A program made the position numbers and the translations under genes. The notes beneath the pieces are model-generated. The model saw only the letters and a program-made list of their open reading frames with translations, did no database searches and had not been told where the DNA came from. This document shows positions 18,724 to 27,737 of a stretch of 64,000 nt of DNA, piece by piece (the stretch's first letter is position 1; each line of letters starts with the position of its first letter). Origin of the DNA: an uncultured Flavobacteriales bacterium (lineage in GTDB: Bacteria > Bacteroidota > Bacteroidia > Flavobacteriales_G > JALEGO01); contig CAZEIM010000009.1 of NCBI GenBank assembly GCA_964512145.1, positions 7-64,006 of the forward strand. The letters are read 5' to 3'.

Positions 18724-19797
18724 TTGCATGAAGATGCTTTTCGTGTTTTAAAACAACCAAACAATGGTAATATCGATTTTTCTTCCAATGATTACTTAGG
18801 TTTAACCACTCATCCCGAATTACTCAAAAAAGTACATGTAGCCCTTAGCAAAATAACTAAGTTAGGTTCCGGAGGCTCTCGCTTACTTTCAGGGAATTCA
18901 ACATTAGCAGAACAATTGGAAGACAAACTGGCTATGTTTTATAAAGCAGAAACTTGTATAATATTTAACTCGGGGTATGAAGCAAATACCGGCATATTAT
19001 CTTGCATTGCAGGAAAAGGTGATACAATTCTTATGGACGAATATGTACATGCCTCATTAAGAGAGGGCGTACAACTTTCTCAAGCCAAAAGCTTTAAATT
19101 TAAGCACAATTCTACATCGGATCTAATAAAAAAAATTAAAATATCAAAAGGACAGATATTTATTGTATTAGAATCGGTGTATTCCATGGATGGTGATTTG
19201 GCTCCTTTATCTCAAATCGTTAGTATTGCACGTGAGTATGGTGCATATATAGTACTAGATGAAGCGCATGCTACAGGTTTGTTTGGCTCTAACGGAGAAG
19301 GATTGGCTGTAAGCTTAGGACTTGAAAAAAATATATTTGCCCGCATTCATACATTTGGAAAAGCTTTAGGTTTTCAGGGGGCATGTATAGTTGGAAGCCA
19401 AGAGTTGAAAAATTATTTAATTAATTTTTCTAAACCCTTTATTTATTCCACCGCACCATCATTTATTAACCTTATGGTTTGGGATATTATACATGAATTT
19501 TTGCCCGATTTAGCCATGGAGAGACAACAATTATTAAATAACATTCAATATTTTATTTCTAAAAGTAACTATCCTTTTTCTGCAAATCCAACACCTATTC
19601 AATATTTATCTATATCAGGTAACACGCTTGTTAAAAAAACTTCCCATTACCTTAATCGTGAAGGAATACAGGTTTTCCCTGTATTAAGTCCAACCGTGCC
19701 CAAGGGAAAAGAGCGAATTCGCATTAATTTACATGTATTTAATCAACAATCGGATATAGATAAGTTAATAGAAAGGGTTAATCATATTCGCATTTAA
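18724..19797 (+). CDS. alpha-oxoamine synthase family PLP enzyme (8-amino-7-oxononanoate synthase-like)
   Basis: It has DFSSNDYLGL, SGYEANTG, DEAHATG and the PLP-lysine region HTFGKALG. The only canonical start is TTG 18724. The conserved N-terminus appears to begin upstream (frame open from 18631; ATA at 18682). Confidence 0.8.
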   Translation: MHEDAFRVLKQPNNGNIDFSSNDYLGLTTHPELLKKVHVALSKITKLGSGGSRLLSGNSTLAEQLEDKLAMFYKAETCIIFNSGYEANTGILSCIAGKGDTILMDEYVHASLREGVQLSQAKSFKFKHNSTSDLIKKIKISKGQIFIVLESVYSMDGDLAPLSQIVSIAREYGAYIVLDEAHATGLFGSNGEGLAVSLGLEKNIFARIHTFGKALGFQGACIVGSQELKNYLINFSKPFIYSTAPSFINLMVWDIIHEFLPDLAMERQQLLNNIQYFISKSNYPFSANPTPIQYLSISGNTLVKKTSHYLNREGIQVFPVLSPTVPKGKERIRINLHVFNQQSDIDKLIERVNHIRI

Positions 19798-19818
19798 TTC
19801 TTTAATTTAGTGTAAATT

Positions 19819-20451
19819 ATGGAACTGCCTTCAAAAATATTAGCTAAAGCTGTTGAACAATTCGCTACATTGCCTGGCGTGGGTTATAAAACCGCTTTGC
19901 GTCTTACGTTACATTTATTGCATCAATCAAAGGATAATATGGAGCAGTTTTACATGGCCTTTAAAGAATTGAATGAACGTATTATTTTTTGTAATACTTG
20001 TAAAAATATTACTGATAATACAAACGCTGTATGTGATATTTGTAATAACAACACCCGAGATCATTCTGTAATTTGTGTAGTTGAAAACATTAAAGATTTA
20101 TTGGCCATTGAAAGAACTACCCAATATAATGGTGTCTATCATATTTTAGGAGGAGTAATTTCTCCTATGGATGGTATAGGTCCTGCGCAATTAAATACTG
20201 AAAGTTTATTTGAGCGCATTCGCAATAATAATGATATTCGAGAAGTAATTTTAGCTTTACCTACCAGTATGGAGGGAGATACTACCAATTTTTATATTTT
20301 TAAAAAAACAAAAGAATTTTCGGTTATAATATCTACTTTGGCAAGGGGGATTTCTGTTGGCAATGAAATTGAATATACCGATGAGGTTACCTTGGGTAGA
20401 TCGATTGTTCACCGGCAACCATACGAGCAAACCGTTCAAATAAAAGTATAA
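19819..20451 (+). CDS. recR: recombination protein RecR
   Basis: 210 aa. It has the HhH motif LPGVGYKTALRL, a Cys4 zinc finger (CNTCKN...CDICNN) and a Toprim region (VCVVENIKD). Confidence 0.95.
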   Translation: MELPSKILAKAVEQFATLPGVGYKTALRLTLHLLHQSKDNMEQFYMAFKELNERIIFCNTCKNITDNTNAVCDICNNNTRDHSVICVVENIKDLLAIERTTQYNGVYHILGGVISPMDGIGPAQLNTESLFERIRNNNDIREVILALPTSMEGDTTNFYIFKKTKEFSVIISTLARGISVGNEIEYTDEVTLGRSIVHRQPYEQTVQIKV

Positions 20452-20458
20452 CCAAAGG

Positions 20459-22384
20459 ATGGATTTAACGGTTGTTATTGTAAACTATAATGTAAAATTT
20501 TTTTTAGAGCAATGCTTACATTCTGTTCTTAAAGCATCCAAAAATTTACAGGTTGAAGTAATAGTGGTAGATAATAACTCAACCGATGGATCAGTACCAT
20601 TTATTACTGAAAAATTTAAATCCATTCAAGTTATAGCTAATAAAGAGAATACTGGATTTTCAAAAGCGAACAATCAGGCTATTAATGTAGCTAAAGGAAG
20701 GTATATTTTACTCCTTAATCCGGATACCATTGTAGAGGAGAAAACATTTACAGAGGTGGTGCGCTTTATGGATAAAACTCCCGATGCGGGAGGTTTGGGG
20801 GTTAAAATGATTGATGGAAAAGGAAATTTTTTACCCGAATCTAAACGAGGTTTACCAACTCCCACTACCGCTTTTTATAAAATATTTGGCTTGTCGGCAC
20901 TTTTTCCCTATTCTAAAAAATTTAATAAATATTATTTAGGATATTTACCCAACGATGAAATACATGCTGTAGATGTGTTATCGGGTGCATTTATGTTGTT
21001 AAGAAAAACGGTGATCGATCGTATTGGAATGTTAGATGAAAGCTTTTTTATGTATGGCGAAGATATTGATTTATCATATAGAATTACCCAATCAGGATAT
21101 AAAAATTATTATTTTCCAAACACTACTATTATACATTATAAAGGAGAAAGCACCAAAAAGCAAAGCATAAATTATGTAATAGTATTTTATAAGGCCATGC
21201 TAATTTTTGCTAAAAAACATTTTTCACGTGGATTAGGTTCTCGATTGTTGTTATTTTGTATTTCCATAGCGGTTTATTTTAGGGCATTTATTGCTATTGT
21301 AAACCGCTATATTACCAAACAATTTTTTGTATTGGCCGATGTAATTTTTTTAAGCATCGCTTTATTTAGTTTTAAGTATCTGTATCAACAATATACCGGA
21401 ATACATTACGAAAACATGTCTAATAAAGTATTAGTGTTGTATATAGCAATATGGATTTTAACGAATATATTTTCTGGAGCTTATATAAAGCCTATTCGCC
21501 TTGAAAAAAGTATGTATTCAACTTTACTGGGCAGTGCTATAATTTTAGTTATGTATAGCTTATTTCCTGAAGATTATCGTTTTTCCAGAGCCATTTTATT
21601 GTTTGGAATATTTTCGTTTGCTTTATTTATGTATGTAAGTCGAAAATTAGCAAATACTTTACCTATACCTGACTTTAAGTTGTATAAAAAACACCACAGA
21701 AGAATATTGGTGGTTGCTGATACACACGAAGCAGACAAAATACATCAAAATTTGTTATCTACGTTTTTTAATAAACCCGAATTTATAGGTTTAGTAAGTG
21801 TAAAAAAAGATATTCCCATCGATAATAGTGATTTTATATGCGACATATACAAATTGTCGGAAGCCGTAGAATCATTTAATATTAACGAAGTAATATATTC
21901 ATCTAAAGACATAAGCTCGACTAAAATTATGGAGTTAATGGTAAGCATACAAAAACCTGAATTAGAGCAAAAAATTGCTCATATCGATAAAAATTATATT
22001 ATAGGTAGTAATTCTATTACTACTACAAATAGTTTGTTTTTTAACAATGTAAAATCTATAGAATCGACTTTTTTTTTACAAAAAAAACGCATTAACGATG
22101 TAGCACTTAGCATCATTATATTATTATTTTTCCCTCTCTTTGGTTGGTTTATTAAAGATAAAATTTACTGGTTGGTTAGTGCATACGATGTACTGTGGGG
22201 GAAAAAAACCTGGGTAGGTATTCCAAAAAACGAGTTAATATCTATGCCTACTTATGTATTTTCTTGGATACAGAAAATTTCGGGCAACAATACCAACGAA
22301 CAAGAAATACAACAAATGTTAGAATATATTAAAAATTATCATTTTTGGCTCGATGCCAGATATATTTTTCAAAAATTATTCTAA
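20459..22384 (+). CDS. family-2 glycosyltransferase fused to a multi-TM C-terminal region with degenerate sugar-transferase-like ends
   Basis: 641 aa. The GT2 signature is VVIVNYN..VVDNNSTDGS..LLLNPDT..YGEDIDL. Several TM helices follow. KKRINDVALSIIILLFFPLF resembles the start of Bac_transf domains. Confidence 0.8.
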   Translation: MDLTVVIVNYNVKFFLEQCLHSVLKASKNLQVEVIVVDNNSTDGSVPFITEKFKSIQVIANKENTGFSKANNQAINVAKGRYILLLNPDTIVEEKTFTEVVRFMDKTPDAGGLGVKMIDGKGNFLPESKRGLPTPTTAFYKIFGLSALFPYSKKFNKYYLGYLPNDEIHAVDVLSGAFMLLRKTVIDRIGMLDESFFMYGEDIDLSYRITQSGYKNYYFPNTTIIHYKGESTKKQSINYVIVFYKAMLIFAKKHFSRGLGSRLLLFCISIAVYFRAFIAIVNRYITKQFFVLADVIFLSIALFSFKYLYQQYTGIHYENMSNKVLVLYIAIWILTNIFSGAYIKPIRLEKSMYSTLLGSAIILVMYSLFPEDYRFSRAILLFGIFSFALFMYVSRKLANTLPIPDFKLYKKHHRRILVVADTHEADKIHQNLLSTFFNKPEFIGLVSVKKDIPIDNSDFICDIYKLSEAVESFNINEVIYSSKDISSTKIMELMVSIQKPELEQKIAHIDKNYIIGSNSITTTNSLFFNNVKSIESTFFLQKKRINDVALSIIILLFFPLFGWFIKDKIYWLVSAYDVLWGKKTWVGIPKNELISMPTYVFSWIQKISGNNTNEQEIQQMLEYIKNYHFWLDARYIFQKLF

Positions 22385-22428
22385 GTATTTAAAAATTAAT
22401 AACATTACTCCAAAAGTAATGTTATTAA

Positions 22429-23580
22429 TTAATACGTTCTTACATCCTTATCAAAAACGTAATCGCTATAATCTTGGATAATATTATATAAAGTATCTCT
22501 CTCAACCGGTATTTTTTTGGCTCCTTTAATGAGTTCAACTAATTGTTCAGTTGATAATGCAGGATTTTGCTCCTCAGATCCTGCCATAGAATAAATTTTA
22601 GTAGAATCATCTATTGTTCCGTCAATATCGTCTACTCCATAGCTTAACGACATTTGTGCTACATCTCTGCCTATCATAGGCCAATAGGCTTTAATATGAG
22701 CAAAATTATCCATATAAATTCGAGATACTGCATAATTTTTTAAATCTTCAATAACCGATACTTCTGAAATATTAGACATATCGTTATCGTGATTTCTAAA
22801 TTTTAAAGGAATAAAAGTATTAAATCCCTTGGTTTCATCTTGTAATGTTCGTAGAGCATTCATATGATGTATTCTATGTTCATACGTTTCAATATGACCG
22901 TACAACATGGTAGCATTAGATGGTATCCCTAATGTATGGGCAGTTTTATGAATTTCCAACCATTCTTCACCGGTACACTTATCCTTACATATCTGCTCCC
23001 TTATTTCAGAGTGAAAAATTTCTGCTCCTCCACCGGGTAATGAGTTTAGCCCATGATCTTTTAATATTTTTAACCCTTCCTGATAGCTAACTTTCGCCTT
23101 TCTGAACATATACTCCAATTCAACCGCAGTAAATGCTTTTACATGTATTTCTGGCCGAATTTTTTTTATGTTTTGGATTAACTGAGCAAAATACATCAAT
23201 CCCATTTTTGGATGAACCCCTCCAACAATATGTACTTCGGTAACTGGTTGACCATCGTATTTTTTTACCAAATCATATATTTGTTGTTCACTCAGCTCCC
23301 AAGCATCGTAATTAGTTCTTTCTCTAATTCCTCTTGCATAAGAACAAAATTTGCAATCGAACACGCAAATATTTGTTGGTTCAATATGAAAATTTCTGTT
23401 AAAGAAAACATAGTCGAAAGTCAATTTATTTTTAACAAAATTGGCTAAACTGCCTAAAAAAGAAAGGTTATCAGAATTATATAAAACCAATGCTTCATCG
23501 TCTGTTATTCTACTACCGGAAACTACCTTGTGGGCAATTTCTCTTTCTTTACCATTTGTTTGATGTAAAAAAGAAGTCAT
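22429..23580 (-). CDS. radical SAM enzyme of the MqnE/MqnC/CofH family (futalosine-route menaquinone type)
   Basis: 383 aa. It has the CVFDCKFCSY (CxxxCxxC) cluster motif, EVHIVGGVHP and LPGGGAEIF. The exact member (MqnE versus MqnC) cannot be resolved by eye. Confidence 0.7.
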   Translation of the reverse strand: MTSFLHQTNGKEREIAHKVVSGSRITDDEALVLYNSDNLSFLGSLANFVKNKLTFDYVFFNRNFHIEPTNICVFDCKFCSYARGIRERTNYDAWELSEQQIYDLVKKYDGQPVTEVHIVGGVHPKMGLMYFAQLIQNIKKIRPEIHVKAFTAVELEYMFRKAKVSYQEGLKILKDHGLNSLPGGGAEIFHSEIREQICKDKCTGEEWLEIHKTAHTLGIPSNATMLYGHIETYEHRIHHMNALRTLQDETKGFNTFIPLKFRNHDNDMSNISEVSVIEDLKNYAVSRIYMDNFAHIKAYWPMIGRDVAQMSLSYGVDDIDGTIDDSTKIYSMAGSEEQNPALSTEQLVELIKGAKKIPVERDTLYNIIQDYSDYVFDKDVRTY

Positions 23581-23656
23581 AAAAAAATATTGGTAAACAA
23601 AACTACAACCTTAAACACAATTTATAAACATTTTGTTGTAAAATCGTTAAATTAAT

Positions 23657-23664
23657 TATATTTG
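23657..23664 (+). promoter_or_regulatory. match to the Bacteroidota -7 promoter consensus TAnnTTTG upstream of the STAS gene
   Basis: tatatttg lies 24 nt upstream of ATG 23688. Confidence 0.3.
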
Positions 23665-23687
23665 TTATTGCATTTTAAAATTACAGC

Positions 23688-24050
23688 ATGAGTATTTCTA
23701 CTACAAAACATGAAAAGTACGCTTTAGTAAAAGTTGATTTGGAAAAATTAGATGGAACAAAATCTCCAGATTTAAAATCTCAATTTGTCTTATTAAGTAA
23801 CGAAGGCGTAAAAAATATTGTATTAGATCTTTCCATGGTTAAATATTCCGATTCATCGGGTTTAAGTGCCATTTTAGTAGCTAATCGTTTATGTAAAAAT
23901 GCACAGGGAACGTTTGTTCTTTTTGGCGTACAGCCAAGTGTTATGAAGTTAATTACCATTTCACAACTAGATTCCATTTTAAATATTACCAATACCCAAA
24001 GCGAAGCAGAGGACTTGGTTTTTATGAATGAAGTTTCCAGTAATTTATAA
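23688..24050 (+). CDS. STAS-domain protein (anti-sigma-factor-antagonist-like)
   Basis: 120 aa. VLDLSMVKYSDSSGLSAILVANRL is the SpoIIAA-type phospho-serine region. Confidence 0.8.
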   Translation: MSISTTKHEKYALVKVDLEKLDGTKSPDLKSQFVLLSNEGVKNIVLDLSMVKYSDSSGLSAILVANRLCKNAQGTFVLFGVQPSVMKLITISQLDSILNITNTQSEAEDLVFMNEVSSNL

Positions 24051-24086
24051 TTTAATATATTTGTTCAACTTTAAACCATTTTTAAT

Positions 24087-24857
24087 ATGAAAAAAATTTT
24101 ACTTTTAAGTGCCACGGCATTCATGTTCAACACAGCTGTTAAAGCTCAATTTCCAGATTGTGATCCTATGGGTTTCCCTAGCTCATTACCAACTCACCCT
24201 GATTCTACTTGGATATATCCAGAGGCTTTACCTGATGGTAATGTAAATGTAGATTATTATCAAGTAATTTATATCAAATTTCCTAGTCAAGCAGAAACAG
24301 AAATTGCAGGAACAACATATACAGTAACTATAGATTCAATTAGTTTAAAAAGTGTTACCGGATTACCTTCTGGTTTTTCTAGAAGAACCGATAAGTATAT
24401 GAGTGGTGATCGTTGGCCAGGTGGTGCTTATGGTTGTGTAGCTGTATATGGAAATACACCTACAGCTGGATCTTATAACCCAAATATTACCATTGGTACT
24501 AAAATTACAGTTCCTGGTTTAGGTTCTTTCGCTGGTCCTGACACATCTTTCAGCAATTTTACTATCTTTATTAGTCCATGGGCAGTTTCTACACAAGATT
24601 TTGTTGAAAATGCTATTGCTAAAAATGTGTACCCTAATCCTGCAAACGACCAAGTATTTGTTGAATTAGGTTTAGTTGAAGAAACAACTGAATTTATTAT
24701 CACCAACCTTTTAGGGGAGATGGTAGAAAGAAGAATGATTGAAAAAAATCAAGAGAAAATAGCTCTATCTACTTCTCATTTACCAAATGGATTGTATAAT
24801 TACACCTTTGTATCTGGTTCAAATACTCAATCCGGAAAACTTACTATAGTACATTAA
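24087..24857 (+). CDS. secreted protein with T9SS type-A C-terminal sorting domain
   Basis: Signal peptide MKKILLLSATAFMFNTAVKAQ. The C-terminus NVYPNPANDQVFVEL ... LPNGLYNYTFVSG..QSGKLTIVH is the Por secretion tail pattern. Confidence 0.75.
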   Translation: MKKILLLSATAFMFNTAVKAQFPDCDPMGFPSSLPTHPDSTWIYPEALPDGNVNVDYYQVIYIKFPSQAETEIAGTTYTVTIDSISLKSVTGLPSGFSRRTDKYMSGDRWPGGAYGCVAVYGNTPTAGSYNPNITIGTKITVPGLGSFAGPDTSFSNFTIFISPWAVSTQDFVENAIAKNVYPNPANDQVFVELGLVEETTEFIITNLLGEMVERRMIEKNQEKIALSTSHLPNGLYNYTFVSGSNTQSGKLTIVH

Positions 24858-25768
24858 TGCATCTTACATTTACAGTTTTAGGTAGTGGCTCTGCTTTACC
24901 AACTGTAAATAGAAATCCCACCGCTCATTTGCTAAATGCAAATGAGCGTTTTTTTTTGTTAGACTGTGGTGAAGGTACGCAAATTCAGCTCAGAAAATAC
25001 AAAATTCGAATTCAAAAGATTGAAAAAATATTTATTACACATTTACATGGTGATCATTACTTTGGTTTAATAGGATTGCTCAATACGTTTCAGTTATTAG
25101 GAAGAAACAAACCACTAGATATTATTGGTCCAAAAGGACTAGAGGAAATTATTAAACTACAACTAAAACTCTCTAAAAGTCGTTTAGAATACCCCTATAT
25201 ATTTTATGAATGGGACAACTCAAATCATGAAGTGTTATGGGAAGAAGAGGATATAAAAATAGAAAGGTTTCCTTTACTACACAGAATACCTTGTTGTGGA
25301 TATAATTTTATTATTAAACAAACTAAGCTAAAAATTAATACTGAAAACATACTCAAATAGAACATCCCTCAAATTGAGTTAGGGAATATACAAAAAGGAA
25401 AAGATTATACAGATGAGGTTGGTAATATTATTTCTAATCACTTATTAACGCTATCATCACAACCCGAAATAAAATTCAGCTATTGTACAGATACTGCATA
25501 TCAAGAAGATATTATTCCGTATATTACAAATGCTAAGTTGCTTTATCATGAGGCGACCTTTATTGAAAAAGACCTGCAAAGAGCAACAGAAACTTACCAC
25601 AGTACAGCAAAACAAGCGGCTAAAATAGCCTTAATGGCTAAAGTAAATCAACTAGTTATTGGCCACTTTTCGGCTCGATATAAAAATACCAATCTATTTT
25701 TAGAGGAGGCAACAGGCATCTTTAAAAATACTCTGTTGGCAGAAGAAGGAAATACATACAGCGCTTAA
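24857..25768 (+). pseudogene. rnz: ribonuclease Z with a single in-frame TAG at 25358..25360
   Basis: ORFs 24857..25360 (GSGSALPT, LLDCGEGTQ, HLHGDHYFGL) and 25538..25768 (LYHEATF, GHFSARY) are in the same frame. The 177 nt between them have no stop and translate to RNase-Z-like sequence (NIPQIELGNIQKGKDY..., YCTDTAYQEDIIPY). Joined length is ~303 codons. Confidence 0.85.
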
Positions 25769-25800
25769 TCTAAACTACCTGTATGCAAATTAATTTAATA

Positions 25801-26832
25801 TTAAACGCCCCAACGCTCTAGGGTAAAAGTAAAGCGTGTACCCTCCCCTACCTTGCTGGTGACGTTAATACTTTCATTGTGTGCATCTAAAATGCTTTTC
25901 ACAATAGACAAGCCCAAACCGGATCCTCCAGAATTTCTAGATCTACTTTCTTCTACCCTATAAAAACGTTCAAAAATTCGAATCAAATGTTCTTTGGATA
26001 TTCCCGGACCATTATCTGAAAACTCTACAATTACTTTATCGTTTAATAAGGTGTAAGAAATTTCAATGGCACATTTTTCATAGCAGTATTTAATAGAATT
26101 ATTTAACAAATTAATAAAAACCTGGTAAATCCTTTTTCTATCAATATTTACCCAAATATTTTTAGGGATATTATTTACAATATTTTTTTCGGTACCCGAT
26201 ATATTAATTTTTAGCTCTTCTATACAGCTATCAATTAACTCTTTTAAATCGACTTTTTGTTTTTTTAGTTGTATTTGATTTGCTTCAAGTTTAGTAAGTA
26301 AATCTAAATCGTCTAACAATTGACTCATGCGTTCAACACTTTGCTCTGCTTTTTGCAAATATGTTCTATTAATTCGAGGATCCTCTAAACCACCTTCTAA
26401 CAAGGTTAAAATATACCCCTGTATGGTAAACAAGGGTGTTTTTAGTTCGTGTGCAATATTTCCTATAAATTCTTTTTGAAAATTTTCTTTAATCTTTAAT
26501 TTATTTAATTCATCTTTTTTTTCTTCTAACCATCCCGAAACTTCTTCCTCCATTTCTTTAAAATTATCGGACGACATTACGTTAGAACGTTTAAACTGAT
26601 AGTTTGAAAAAATGTTTTTATACAAAACTTCCATTTTTTTAAATAAAAAAAACTGTAGAATTAAAAATAATATAGCATAAGAAAAGATGAAAAAAACAAA
26701 AAAAAGCCATAAAATATCGCCTGATTGAATTGGATTAGTATCTCCTAAAAAAAAATGTACCGCGGAAATGCCAATGATTGAAAATAAAAAAGAAATAATA
26801 AAAACGAGTGTTTTAGGAGCTGTGTTTTTCAT
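25801..26832 (-). CDS. sensor histidine kinase (PhoR-like architecture)
   Basis: 343 aa with two N-terminal TM helices. It has H-box GNIAHELKTPLFTI, N-box LLNNSIKY and G-boxes DNGPGI and GGSGLGLSIVK. Confidence 0.9.
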   Translation of the reverse strand: MKNTAPKTLVFIISFLFSIIGISAVHFFLGDTNPIQSGDILWLFFVFFIFSYAILFLILQFFLFKKMEVLYKNIFSNYQFKRSNVMSSDNFKEMEEEVSGWLEEKKDELNKLKIKENFQKEFIGNIAHELKTPLFTIQGYILTLLEGGLEDPRINRTYLQKAEQSVERMSQLLDDLDLLTKLEANQIQLKKQKVDLKELIDSCIEELKINISGTEKNIVNNIPKNIWVNIDRKRIYQVFINLLNNSIKYCYEKCAIEISYTLLNDKVIVEFSDNGPGISKEHLIRIFERFYRVEESRSRNSGGSGLGLSIVKSILDAHNESINVTSKVGEGTRFTFTLERWGV

Positions 26833-26841
26833 ACAATATTC

Positions 26842-27516
26842 TTAACGTTCCTCAAACTTATATCCAACACCCTTCATCGTTTTTATGCATTCATCACCTA
26901 ATTTTTCTCGCAACTTTCGTATATGAACATCAATGGTTCTATCTCCGACTATTACATCTTCTCCCCACACCTTTTCTAAAATTTCATCTCGGGTAAACAC
27001 TTTGCCTGGCTTAGATGCTAACAAAGATAATAACTCAAATTCCTTTTTAGGTAATATATACTCTTGACCATGATTTTTAACCGTAAATTTTTCTTTATCA
27101 ATCAACAACCCTTCCAATTGTATATTTGTTTTTTCTTTTGGAGTAGACCTTCTTAATAAAGAATTAATTTTTGAAACAAAAACGCGAGGTTTAATTGGTT
27201 TTGCAATGTAATCATCTGCTCCTGCTTCTAACCCGGCTATTTGAGAATAATCTTCGTTACGTGCCGTTAAAAATACAATAAGAGTTTCGTCTAATATTCT
27301 GTGTTTTCTAAGCTCTATACATGTTTCAATGCCATCCATTTGAGGCATCATAACATCTAACACTACTAAATTAGGTTTATGAGTAAGTGCTAATTGTACG
27401 GCTTGTTTTCCATTATTAGCAGTAATTACATGAAATTGTTCCGCTTCAAGATTATATTTTAAAAACTCAACAATATCCGGCTCATCATCTACTAATAATA
27501 TTAAATTATCATTCAT
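26842..27516 (-). CDS. OmpR/PhoB-family response regulator
   Basis: 224 aa. It has LLVDDEPD, VLDVMMPQMDG, LTAR and a winged helix (LPKKEFELLSLL, KGVGYKF). It is immediately upstream of the kinase at 25801..26832. Confidence 0.92.
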   Translation of the reverse strand: MNDNLILLVDDEPDIVEFLKYNLEAEQFHVITANNGKQAVQLALTHKPNLVVLDVMMPQMDGIETCIELRKHRILDETLIVFLTARNEDYSQIAGLEAGADDYIAKPIKPRVFVSKINSLLRRSTPKEKTNIQLEGLLIDKEKFTVKNHGQEYILPKKEFELLSLLASKPGKVFTRDEILEKVWGEDVIVGDRTIDVHIRKLREKLGDECIKTMKGVGYKFEER

Positions 27517-27737
27517 TGCGAATTAATTTTATGTAAAATTACAGTCTTTTTATATATCTAATATTAACTAACTTTTAAGTTTTATAAAAGTTAAGTATTG
27601 TATTTGAATGATGAAACCCTTTAAATACTTTTATGTAAAAAATATAGATGTTAATTTTATTTTGAGAATATTAGGGTTGCCTTAGGTAGTTAATGAATAA
27701 ATGCAATTAATTTCTATTATTTTTGTAAAAAAAGCAT

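Noticed and set aside
25358-25360. TAG in rnz as evidence for genetic-code reassignment or pyrrolysine
   Set aside because: Other genes in the window clearly terminate at TAG (18648..18650, 41834..41836, 44196..44198). No pyl-type genes were seen. A single internal TAG is better explained by mutation or error, and it is reported as a finding on that basis.
27517-27737. Partial palindromes (aacttttaagtt, ataaaagttaag) in the divergent region between the response regulator and the M48 peptidase
   Set aside because: They are imperfect, AT-only and short. I could not define a convincing operator or repeat architecture.
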